Below, piece by piece: positions 11,145-22,898 of a stretch of 64,000 nt of DNA; the stretch's first letter is position 1, and each line of letters starts with the position of its first letter. The translations under genes and the position numbers were made by a program. The stretch spans positions 1,805,395-1,869,394 of the forward strand of contig CM119271.1 in assembly GCA_051294375.1 (NCBI GenBank), in the 5' to 3' direction. The stretch is from Paraspadella gotoi (lineage: Eukaryota; Animalia; Chaetognatha). The notes below the pieces were generated by a model. The model was not told the origin of the DNA. It saw nothing but the letters and a program-made list of their open reading frames with translations, and ran no database searches.

Positions 11145-14100
11145 CTACGTGTAAAATTATGAAGATATCTCCGATATTTTTCACTTCATTTGCCTGTGAT
11201 TTTCCAGATGAGAAATTTGAGTCAATCATGCAATGCACCAACTAAACTCAATCCAGTTTTTTAATCCTGTACCGTACTTCTTCTTGGCAATATGTAAATA
11301 CGACGCAAAGTCAACAATCATTTTTGTTATCTTGATCAATGACAGCTGAGACAGCGGTATTCTACAAATCTCTTGAAATTTTCAATGGCGACGTGTGATT
11401 CAATCTTTTCACAAGACTTTCTTGTTACTGAAATTGCTTTGCAAGTGTCAAAGCCAGGGCTCTGAAGAGAGAGCACAGCTTGGAGGTTATTCAAATTGCG
11501 TTTAAAAGTATTCTGTTCGGCGAATCCGCGTTTTGGAAAGCCTTCCACAATCTCAAAGTGTAAAGTAATTTTACAAATTTTCGTATTTCTTTGATTTGTC
11601 TTTCAAATTGAATTCAATTAATTTATGGATTCTCTTCATTTTCTTCAAACTTGACTCGGTTTTCATCCATTCTCTTTTCGAGCAAATGAAAAAGAAACAC
11701 CGCAGTAGTAAGAGAAACAGACTGAAGCTACGATGAAGGAATGTACAAACATTATATAACATAACAGACCGAACGCCGTTTAATAATGGGGATTTTTACA
11801 CTGTAGATCGTTGATTTCAAAAAACTCAAACTATTTTTGAAAACATTAACAGTCGATAGAAGAACAGTCAAATAATTACGACTATTTCAGCGTCATAAAA
11901 CCTGAGTTTAATACAGCGATCATTGAGTGAATGTTAGACCTATTAAATCGGAGATCGACTGTACGCAAATTCTTTAGCCCTTCTCAAACATCAAAAACTT
12001 AAAGAGTAGTTAGGTTGATTAAGTAACTCAGATTGAGCAGAATGACATTGGGCATAATTTAACTTTGTAAATTAAAGATGATCAATTGTTTTATGTTCGT
12101 GTGTATGAGTAATTAAGTGATGTGGTTTGCCAAGATAACAACTTGAAATATAGTTAAACAGGCTTCTGAGAGCAATTTACCTTTGTTATCGCTTCAGTTA
12201 TTGAGACACAGGAGCAATGTATTTGGAAACAGGGATGCCTGACGGCGCATTCTTCAAAGGAGGGGATATAGGTGCAGTGATGATTGCTGTATTTTCTTTC
12301 ACAACTACACTGCCATGGGTTAAAATCTAAATACATTTCAGAAATATTTCCCAATATCAACGAAATTGAAGGTTCAATGACCTGAAAATTATTTTCTCTC
12401 AGATCTAGAATTTTTAAGTTAGAGAGCTTAATCAATCCAAGTCTAGACAGACTGCTCAATTTATTATTCTTCAAAACAAGAGCATGAATATTATATCCTC
12501 GTTTTACGCTCTCAAAAGATAAGTTAAAATTGGTATTTGAATAATCTAAATAAGTCTGGTCGTAAGGGTAGCATCGAGAAAGTTTGGAAAATATCTCTCC
12601 TGAACAATCAACATAAAAATAACCATTTCGAATAGAGCACTTACATTTCAAGGGACAACAATGCGTAAGAAAGTTATTTTGATACAACAAATTCATCTCA
12701 TTCACGCTTGATCAACTTTAGAATATATATCAATTTCGCTGGAGTTAGGTTTATTATGCAACTATAATTTAATNNNNNNNNNNNNNNNNNNNNNNNNNNN
12801 NNNNNNNNNNNNNNNNNNNNNNNNNNNNNNNNNNNNNNNNNNNNNNNNNNNNNNNNNNNNNNNNNNNNNNNNNNNNNNNNNNNNNNNNNNNNNNNNNNNN
12901 NNNNNNNNNNNNNNNNNNNNNNNNNNNNNNNNNNNNNNNNNNNNNNNNNNNNNNNTATTTAATTGTTGTACTAATTCGTGATTAGAAAAGTAAAAGTTCG
13001 AATGATTTCCTTTAAATGAATAGTCCAGCGAGCAATTGAAGTAAAAACAGTTATATAAACCCGATAATATATTTCCAGAACAATCAATCTCTATGAAGTT
13101 TTCCTTATGTGAGCATTTACACAAAATCGGACAACATGGAATTTTCTCATATTTTTTTTTAAGAAATTCCATCATGGGGTAATATTCGGTTCCGCATGGA
13201 CACGGCCATCTTATGCCATCTAATTTAAGATTAGTCGTGGATTCAAACGCTCGAACTACTTCTTTTGAAAAAGATTGAACGCTACTTGACCGACTTAAAT
13301 CGAGTCTACTTAAATGTTCAAGATTCGCAACAAATTGGAAAGTTTTGAAAGTGTTAGATTTTAGGTAAACAGTGTCGAGTCTTTTGAATCCAAAAAACTC
13401 GGACGGATTGATAAAATTAAGCATATTGTATGAAATACTTAATTTTGTTAGTGAATTTATAACGTTGAAACAATTTAGATCGTTTTCGATCCTTTCAATC
13501 GAATTGGAATTAAGCTCAAGATTCTTAACGTAAACAAAAGGCCAATTCGCGCAATTTATTCGACGAATTTTATTGTTTTCAAGCCTCAAAGTGTCAATGT
13601 ATAAACTCAAAACTGACAATTCGATAGATTGTAAATTATTGGAAGTCAGATCTAACAAATTGATGGATCTAATATTTTGGAGACCTAATTCGTTCAGAGT
13701 GTAGATGCGATTTATACGTAAGGTTAAATTTCGTAATTGTTGAAGGTTACCAAATGCCTTTCTGTTTATTACTGTTATATTATTAACATCAAGTTCAATT
13801 GTTTCAATGGTTACCAAATTACTGAAACAATCATCGTCAAAGTGGGATATATAATTAAAACTAAGAATTAAACGCCGCAAAGCGGAGGAGCTTTTGAACC
13901 AATTTCTCACAACTTTAATTTGGTTATTACTAAGATTAATAATTGTTGTTAATCGCATTTCTTCAAAAGCGTATTTTTCCACACTGGAAACCTTGCCTAA
14001 TATAATAGAAAATTCATTTATTCGGCCAAGGTTTTTGAAATTATTTGCTTCTATTTTCGAAATATTACTTAATTTTAAAACCAGCGATTTTGACTTGAAA

Positions 14101-15185
14101 TTCGTTAATAGATTCTCGGGGATTCGAGCGAGGCTATCGAAAAAGACCCCATAGAGCAGTTGAGCCGAAGAAAAAACGTTTTTGTGAATTTGAAAATAGT
14201 CACCTGAACGACAAAATGCTGTGTTTGCGTCACAACGACCCACGGCTAACCGAGTCAGAAAACTCGAAAAGGAAAATGTTCCTTCATCGATGAAAATTAA
14301 TGGATTGTCCATCAAATACAAGGACTTAAGGGTCTTTAGACCAACGAAAGATCGATTCGACAAATACTCTATTTCGTTTAAATTCAAAAGTAATTTTCGC
14401 AAGGAGCGACTCTCGTTCGTGAATTTTATGTCCTTCAGAAAGTTATCGGTTAAATTCAAAAAATCTAGTTTTACCAAGAATGCCCGGTCGAAAAAGTATT
14501 AATATGATTCTTATCCAACCACAGTTCTTGTAAATTGACGAGATGTTTAAAAGCGTCTTTTTGTATCCAGACCAAACGATTTCCGCTCATGTACAAAATA
14601 TGCAAATCCTTCAGGCCGTGGAAAGTTGCGTTCGATACTTCCTTTATCAGGTTATTTCTGAGATTAAGCGTTTGTAGACCAACCACGTTCTCGAAGCAAT
14701 TGTCATCGATGTCGGAGATTAGGTTTTCTGAAAGATGAATCTCTTCCATTCTTATTCTACAAAAGTTCCATCGTAACGCGTTATTCTGTTTCCATAAAAT
14801 AAACAAAGCTCTGAGGCTTCCATCCCCGACAGAAATTCATCTTCTATTATCTCGATTCCGCCAGGTACGACAAGAAGCTTATCGGCGGAGCTCAAATTCA
14901 GAAGCAGTCCTGTACGAAGCGACACCAGATTGCTTACCGCGTGCTTGGTGAGATTTTTACATTGGGCATTTCTTATTTGCACCGTATACATTCCGTTGAC
15001 GAATTGTTCTCCCCAGGCGCAATTCACATTGTTATCAATGTTAGTCCCCCAAATTGAAGTTGAGTACAGAACAGACACAAAGTTTCGACCTAGTGCTGGC
15101 GTTGACGTTGGCGTTGACGTTGGCGTTGATGTTGGCCGAAAACAGAAAACAGAAGACATTTTATTTGGTTGAAATAAATCACCAT
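10449..15185 (-). CDS. Putative LRR receptor: signal peptide, Toll-like LRR ectodomain with multiple Cys clusters, TM, degenerate kinase, KEN (IRE1/RNase L-like) ribonuclease; frameshifted in this assembly
   Basis: Colinear minus-strand ORF pieces 15159-14752, 14806-14471, 14477-12762 and 12705-12154 contain LxxLxLxxNxI repeats, LRRCT (IRWPCPC, NPWQCSC) and LRRNT (CPILCKC..IDCSG, CPLKCKC..VDCSG). A further LRR GLKNLRTVDLRFN lies at ~11980-11940. A hydrophobic AFGLLCYIMFVHSFIVASVCFSYYC lies at ~11776-11700, and an alphaE-like LSLIKITKMIVDFASYLH at ~11347-11292. The open frame 11144-10449 encodes kinase subdomain XI plus KEN. Confidence 0.75.
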
Positions 15186-15375
15186 TGTTTCCCTTTTTTC
15201 AAAGATAACGGATGCCCAGCATATGTACGAGTATATTTTATAATAGACAAAACGGTGCAATAAGAAAAATATATATTTTGTCGATTTAAGTAATTGTGCT
15301 ATTGCAATTATCAGAATCCTCTAGAAGAATTTGTGGAGGATAATGTGAAAAATTTTAACGGAATCTTTTAAGATC

Positions 15376-15500
15376 AAAAGCTTTTCTAATTGATAAACTT
15401 ATGGAGTTAAGCAACTCATCCCGAATGGGATAAGCGACCTTCTTCAGATCTTTTGAAAGCCGTATCTAATGATAGAATTGATAAGCGCGATCTGCGAACA
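15376..15500 (+). pseudogene. Fragment of a paralogous kinase-KEN junction (opposite strand)
   Basis: gcaactcatcccgaatgg is identical to the reverse complement of 11082-11099. With indels it reads FLIDKLMEL-ATHPEWDKRPSS..(SP)YLMIELI, against FLINNLIEVATHPEWQKRPSC..SPYLMIELL in the main gene. Confidence 0.75.
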
Positions 15501-15924
15501 ATGAGTGGCGAGATCAACACTCAACAGGAGCCGCCGATGACGACTTAACAATTAAGTCCAAATATGTTATTGCACCGTTTTCTCCATTACCAAAATATAC
15601 TCGTATATTACAATTCTTCTGGTGTATGCGGTTACATTGAAACAAATACCGGATACTTGTCATAACCAAAATTGGCTTATCCTTTTAAAGTTAAATCGGT
15701 TAAAGGTTAAAGATTTTAAAAGGAAAGAAAGAAAAACTGGTTTTTGTACCTTGAATCATCTAGGAATCTTATTAAAGGGTAAGCAAGTTCGTTAAAAAAG
15801 TTATTACATTTTAATTGTAATTTTTTTTTTAAATGAATTCTTAAGGACTGTGTCGGCATGAGACAGTTTTAATCGGCCGGAAGGCCGGATGGTCAATTGT
15901 TATTTGTCGATTTGCTAGTGATAT

Positions 15925-16014
<90 letters not shown>

Positions 16015-16429
16015 ACCGCACAATTCCACCCACCTCCAAAGCTGACGTGACGTAGAGGTGATCTTTCCCGAGAAGTTCGAATGCTCGATCTCAAGCCGAC
16101 CTCGGCTGAAGAGAAACCCATCTCTCCGCTCGACCGAAGAGCCGCTTCTCCGCTGGAGCGAATGGCCCACCGGTGCGCAAGAGCCGTTCGGCGCTGGATC
16201 GAAGCCGCGCGGCGTCGAAGGCGCGCGGCGAAGAGTCGGCGTCCGCTCCGAGGGCCTCGGCGACGTTGCAGGCGACGGCGTTCTTTGTTACAGATCACAA
16301 TGATATTATTTCAAAAGTCAGTCAGAGTTGCAAGCAGGTTTTTAATAGATTAAATACTATGAACGTAGTTTTATGAGGTTTTGTAGTCGCTCATTGCATA
16401 AGTTCACTCCGCCTTCACGCATGACACAC

Positions 16430-16580
16430 TTCAGCTCATTGAGTAATACAATAGTTTAATATCATCAGGTACCGGGAAGCGTGAGGATCGCCGGAAAACC
16501 GCCTTGGGGAATGGAAAACCTCAAACCTGGTACAAAGCCCAGGACCCTTCCATTGCTGCTTAGGGGTGATGAGCGGAGGT
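16430..16580 (+). mobile_element. tRNA-derived SINE, degenerate copy (also in the duplicated block at ~24948-25100)
   Basis: The gctcattgagta head and accgccttgggga..ggaaaacctcaaacctgg..gcccaggaccc body match the reverse complement of 45990-46205 and 60090-60315. Confidence 0.6.
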
Positions 16581-17490
16581 TTCAGTCTCTCCCTCACCTT
16601 CGAAGAACATCAAATTGCTGGCAGAAATCAGGTTGAATCGCGATTCTCAGAGATCAAAGCATGATCTAGAACTGGAGGTAAGTAAAAGCAAGCATCGGGA
16701 AACAATCAGACCATTGCTAATTTAATATTATTACAATCTGTTTTAAAAAGAAATCGTGGTTAGAACATATTAATGAAATAATAACAACAAAAGTATTAAT
16801 TTAGGGTCGCATTCGTTCGAATCGAAGTTCCGATCAAGATCTTGATTTCACTTCTTTCAACTGCATAGTCACGGCCAAAAAAAATTATTAACAATGGCAG
16901 TTTCTTGAAAGCTTGGCGTCTGGGAAGCCAACGGAGGTAAGCGCGATCGAATATTTCCATGGTTTATCATGCCCCAAAAATGGTATTTAAATTGACTGTC
17001 AGGCCGTTTTTTCCCTTTCCCAAAGCCTGCTGATCTTTTGGAAAATCAGAACAAATCATAACTATCAGTACGGTTTCTGATAGCTTTGTCTTCTCTACAC
17101 AATAAAAAAAGAAAAGTTAAATTCTTGCAATCACTTTTAATTGCTTGATACAAGGCAATCAAAGAACTGGTTTTTAGGTGAAAACGGCATAAGATCTAAG
17201 CCTTCATTTGTTTGTCTACAAACCATCGAAAGAACTGATGTGTTATTACTTTTATCTGTTTCAGTGATAGAGCGCGGACAAATTTTAGTCTATTATCATT
17301 AAATTTCATGCAAATACGAATGAATTCCGTTTATCGCCACGGTAAAGGGATTTAAGCGCAATCCGGCCGTATTTAAACTGGTTATGTTAGAGGTTATCTA
17401 ATGAGGACTTCGATCGAAAAAAAGGATTGATCATGCGCGGATCCGGGTCAGATTAAACAGCTTTTCAACATCGCTTTACCGTCATTTTTA

Positions 17491-17840
17491 ATGGAACGGA
17501 ACGGAATTAGAACGAAAACGAAACGAAACGAAACGGAACAAACGGAACAAACGCGAAAACGAAACCGGAACGCAACGGAACGACGGAACGAAACGGAACG
17601 AACGGAACGAAACGAAACGAAACGGAACGGAACGAAACGGAAACGAAACGGAACGTAAACGGAACGAAACGGAACGAAACGGAATGAACGGAACGAAACG
17701 GAACGAAACGGAACGAAACGAAAGGAACTGAAACGGAACCGAAACGTGAACGAAACTAAACGAACGTAACGGGGAACGAAATGGACGAACGGAACAAAAC
17801 GGAACAACGAAACGAAAACGGAACGGAATACGGAACGAAA
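17491..17840. repeat. Degenerate pentanucleotide tandem array (GAAAC/GGAAC)n
   Basis: About 350 bp of interleaved gaaac/ggaac units. Confidence 0.9.
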
Positions 17841-20800
17841 TGGTAACAGATTGAGAGAGAGAGGGAGTTCCAAAAGGAGCGAACGGGATGGAAAGAGGAA
17901 AAGCGGGACGCCAGCCGCGTCGCGCCGAGAGTCGTCGCCGCTTTTCGGACGAAAAAGAGAAGGAGATAGAGACAGGGATTAATAAGAAGGAGGAGTAAAT
18001 ATAAAAGGTTGAAGAAAAGGAAGAGCGGCAGAGAGAAAGTAGAGTAAGAGAAGTAAGCAGTAAAGAGAGAAAAGTCGTATACCACCCTGCTTGTTAAAAT
18101 TATTCATTTTTTGTATTTATCTACTTGAATAACAAGAATAAACAATAAACTCAAAAACTACCTGTCTTTCTTCGGAAAAACTTTTCACGTTGGGATACCT
18201 AAACGGTTTCACTTCGAGCTACGAGTTGTTTGTAGCTAGATGTTACATGAAATGGTACGAAACGGATCGGAATCGGAAACGGTTCGCGGTCGGTTCTTGT
18301 GATTTCCACAAACCATAGGGCGATATCTTTTGGAATTGTAATGTTTTCATATAAATGTTTTATATCGGATTAGTTTGTTTATATTTTAAACGATTGATTC
18401 TGGTAAAAGTGTGATATCATCAGGGGAGTTCGAAAATTTAGATATGCTCCTAATAATCAAGATCTTTGAAAATTGTCCTGTTCATTTCAAATATTCTGAT
18501 TTTTTCTTTTTTTTAATGTAACATATGTCGAGAACATAAACCTTATAACGCGTCGATCGGTAACGAAATGTTACGTGTATTAATAAAAATATCCAACATG
18601 ACCCAATTTTTCAAAGGACGTCGAGGCTGTACGTGTATAAAAAAAATCAACTTGACCTAGATCACGCCGCCCATTGCGAGGCAACGGATAACCGATTATA
18701 AACGAGGAGGACCTCAATTAATGCGACGTCTTTGGCAGAAAAAACCTGTGTTGTAAATAAGAGTTCGATCGTCTTGACACTAGATTTCACCACCGTTCAC
18801 ATAGGCGACGGAGTAATACGAGTGGCCTGCAGCGTTTGTACTCATACACGCGTTGTGTTTTATTTACGATGAATGAATTTCCATTGTGTCCCCCAATGAA
18901 TGCTATTCATCTGCATCCCAAAAGTTTTGCACTTTTCTCCATCTACATCTCTTAATCCCGAGGTGAACGGCCATTTCCGGGATCGCTCTGACAGATTCCG
19001 ACTATTATTTCTCAAACAGGAGTTTACGTGGCCAGGATATAAAGAGTCGGTTTTAAAGATCCAATCGTCATTCCCTTTGGTATCATATATCGTGTTATTT
19101 GTGATGTAAAATGTTATAAAAATTTATATAAGTGCTCTCCTCGCGACAAATCTATTGAGTACACACGGTATCCTCCTAGCCCTTAATCTCCGCTATAATG
19201 TATAATTAGTTCTCTCGATCCTGCCCTAATTCTATGATTCGAGTATATATTTTCATTTTTTTTTTATGGAGCTACTGTAAGTTCTTTCATCTCTCTTTTT
19301 TTTAATCGAATCACCTCAAGAAACCTTTACTATTGTGCGCGACCCATTTTAACACATAGTCGGATGATATAGTCACCAAACATAACAACTTTATTTTACT
19401 TTTTCTATTTTTTAAACGAACTTCTCGATATCCCTCCACTCCCAATTAAAGACCATACCCAGACATCTCTTATAAACCCGACGGAATATATGGGTCAGGC
19501 GTCATAGAATCTACATAAAGCTGCCTTATCAAAAAGGAGGCTCTGGCGAATTAGCGAGTGTAAACTACAAGCTGGGACTTTAATATGAAATCACGTCCGT
19601 GTATGGATTGTATGCATCTGGAACGACTGGTTATAAAACAGCTTTTTTGTCTGTTCCAGTTTGTCGATCATCGTCGACTCCTTATCTATATATCATATTG
19701 AAAAAAAGAATTATACTGACTTCGCTATATATTTTTTGGCGTAGGCGATAAGACATATTCGTCTTATTTAAAGCTCTAATTTGAATCTTTCTCTATTTTA
19801 ATATATATCACTAAAAAAATTCCCAAAATAGGATATAGACCTTAGAGCAAGTGCTCAGAAAAAAAAAAAATAATTTTCGTCAAATATCCACCTATGAGAA
19901 ATATACAAACATAGATAATAAATTTAGCGAACTTTATTACAAGTTATATCGCTTCTTTACGTGTTTACAAAACTCATTCCCGTCGCTCCTCCCGACCCGT
20001 CCGCTCGCGCCCACCATCCTACTAGACGGAACGGGTCGTTCTTGTTCTTTCCCTTGTTATTCTATGTTTCTTCTCCCTCAGCAGATGTAGGGTACTTTGA
20101 GTCGGCTTTCGTCCATTATCGGAAACCAGGCGCGTCACCCAGAATAAAGAACGTCGTGAGGACCCAGCCGCGGCGGATGTGAGCGAAAGATGTGGCTGCC
20201 AGTATCTGATGTGCATAATTCAGATGCAGATTGGATTTTATTCATCTACTAAACGAGATGAAGGCCGCGTAGGATGGGTGATGATCGAATTTTAAGTATG
20301 GAAGGTCAAATATCAAGAACAGATAAATTATGGATTAGATCAGTCGGGCTTATGAACGGTGAATAAATTTAGTGTGGATTTTATCTCGATTGACAGTGCA
20401 GAATCTGATATTATGGTTAATGAGAATGCGCCAGTTGCAATGAGATATAGAGAGTAAAATGAGAGATAGCGAGCAGAAGTATAAGTGAAGTATGGTGGAG
20501 GATGTATCATCGAATCGAATTGTAGTAGGTTGAATGTCGCAGTCAAAGAGTGAATGTTAGATGTAAGAAATCGCGGATCATAGATGTGTAGGGTGATCAA
20601 TGCATCAATAAATCCAATTACATACATCATAAATTACTATGACACAATCCAATTACTATTAGCATCAAATCGATTACGTTACATCAATAATTCGTTATCG
20701 CATCGAAATCATTTTCGAGGTATAGTCTACGTTAAGATAATTTTTTTCTCAATTATAGTCATAACGAGAGCTTTGGAATCATGAAATAAAAACATCCTGC

Positions 20801-20989
20801 TAGTTACTCTCCTATGTTATACTCGACTGCTGCTCTAAATCACAAGCAACTCGATCCCGACTTCCACTCAATATGTGCCACTCTTATTCGGTCTGTGCTC
20901 CAAACTCGGTTTGGCACAGCTCTCACGCACATATCTGCGTGTGGTCGCAAGCGCTACTACTACTTCTCGTCGTATATAGGCGCTGAAGG

Positions 20990-21260
20990 AACAAATACGA
21001 ATTATAGAATTCAAAATCAAAAAAAATTGATGTCCGTCCGTCCGTCTGTGCCCAGTCCGTCCGTCCCCACCTTAGCCAAAAACACCCCAATTACTGTGAT
21101 TGGGATGGAGGCATTTGGAATGAAATTTTGTGTGTGGATAGGTAAGTGTGGTGGATAGTGAGAGTCCTTGGATAGTGGACTGTTCTGTCGCATGATGGAA
21201 TCTGTTCCTCGCGAGAGTCGGCGAAAGATGAAGTTTGCTAATATGCGGAAAAAAAATCTC
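20990..21260. mobile_element. HINE/DINE-like non-autonomous Helentron-type fragment
   Basis: A gtccgtccgtccgtctgt microsatellite followed by tgaaattttg, a layout typical of DINE-1-like elements. Confidence 0.4.
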
Positions 21261-22898
21261 AATTCGCTTCTGCTTGCTCGTCTGGCTAGGCGATTTCTCT
21301 TTCATATTTAATATTCAATGCCCAGGCCACGATTTACTCCTGATTGTCAGGCCAAGTTTCATTTTTGTACTACTTCTTTGATGGTTACCCCAAGATTAAT
21401 CCTTTCTAAAAATTCACTTTCCGGTTAGATTTCACACCCAATATTTTTGTTTATTAACTCCGGTATGACGACAGGGCTAAATATGTTTCCTTTCTTATTA
21501 ATCCTATTTTGATTTCTGGCCAAGATTATAACCCTTTTTTTCGTTCATTCCTGTTCGATGTCAGGGCTCCTTTCCACATATCCGCTCCAGCTGAATATGA
21601 GCCAAGATTCCCCTCTTCATATTCTCTCCTGTTTGATGTCCTCCCGCCGTCGCTCGTTTTCTTTTTCCTTTTTTTCATTTCGTCCGTCATCTTCTCAACT
21701 CCATATTCTTTCTGGCGATGTCGTCGTCGATGTATGTTCACGCTGTCATCTTTCGATCCTTGCAGTATCGTTTCTTAAACCATTACCCCTTGTTCTGCTT
21801 CATTATCAATCCGCTTTGGTTTAACTATACTACAAAATTTAATTTACCATTATCGTCTTTCGATTCCTCCTATTAAATCTTTGATTTCTTTTCTTGCCAT
21901 TTGAAAAATAAGTCATTAGTATGTTTCGTCCTCGATTTTCGACTTTTATCGGACTGTATGCGTCTTTCTATCAATCTTAATCCCACACGTATCTTCTATT
22001 CTCCCCCTCCTCGGACGATCAATCCTTGGGGTATCGTCTTTTCTTTCATTCTCTGTCTGTTCATCTCCAAGTCGGAATCGATTCGCTTCCCTTTTATTTT
22101 TATTCTCGAAAGTGCAACGCTTGATTCTTTCGTCGCTAGATGGGGTTTGGCGTATTTGGCGCCAGACTCAGCGAATGGGAGCGACCATGGGTGATGTCAA
22201 TGGATGACGACGACGACGACGACGACAACGGCCGAGGACGATTTTTGGAGTGAACAGATAGCTGATATTTATCTTTCAAGTGAATAGATTACAAGTACGC
22301 AGCAGATAAAAGACTTATAAAATAGATAATATTCAACTTTTCTCCCTTCCTCACCTTTATAATCCTCATCAAAAAAAATCAATTCATAAATCGAAGCTTT
22401 TAAGAAATCAGATTTTGCCCTACTACTTAATCCGTCCCCTCACGCCCAGATAAATTAAAGACATTTATCCCGCTTGTAAATTTTTTGACGAAAAGAGAAA
22501 CAAAAGCGCGAGACAAGGGCGACGGTCATAAAAAATGTCTGAATATTTTTTTGAGAGTATAAAAGCGGGATTTTTTTTTTTCGTCAGCCCATTTATCAGA
22601 AAAAAAGAATCGTTGCCTCTTCCCGCCATTTTCTTTTCATTTTTTTTACTTAATCCCTTTCCCCTCTCTCCCGTTCCGATCATACCATTCCTCCGCTTAA
22701 AGGGTTCGTGCGATGATGGAATATTCAGGGCGGGTTTTAAGACCCGACGGGGATCCACATCCAACACGCGAACATCAATTTCGAGGGGGGCGGAATTTAT
22801 TGACCCCGCACAATTTTCTCCCGCATCTCCCCCTTTCTGAACTTTCCTCTATCTTTCTTCTTTCTCTCATTGNNNNNNNNNNNNNNNNNNNNNNNNNG

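Noticed and set aside
10560-14738. Plus-strand ORFs (10560, 13894, 14221, 14535)
   Set aside because: These are antisense shadows of the LRR/KEN coding sequence.
12154-15185. Calling the gene a canonical Toll/TLR
   Set aside because: No TIR box motifs were found downstream of the TM segment.
16600-17160. Possible decayed LRR/pseudokinase remnants on the minus strand (e.g. HGNI)
   Set aside because: Too fragmentary to support by eye.
17448-17873. 141-aa F/R/V/S-rich ORF, and a possible CRISPR-like array
   Set aside because: It is a translation of a pentamer tandem repeat. There are no unique spacers or cas genes, and the context is eukaryotic.
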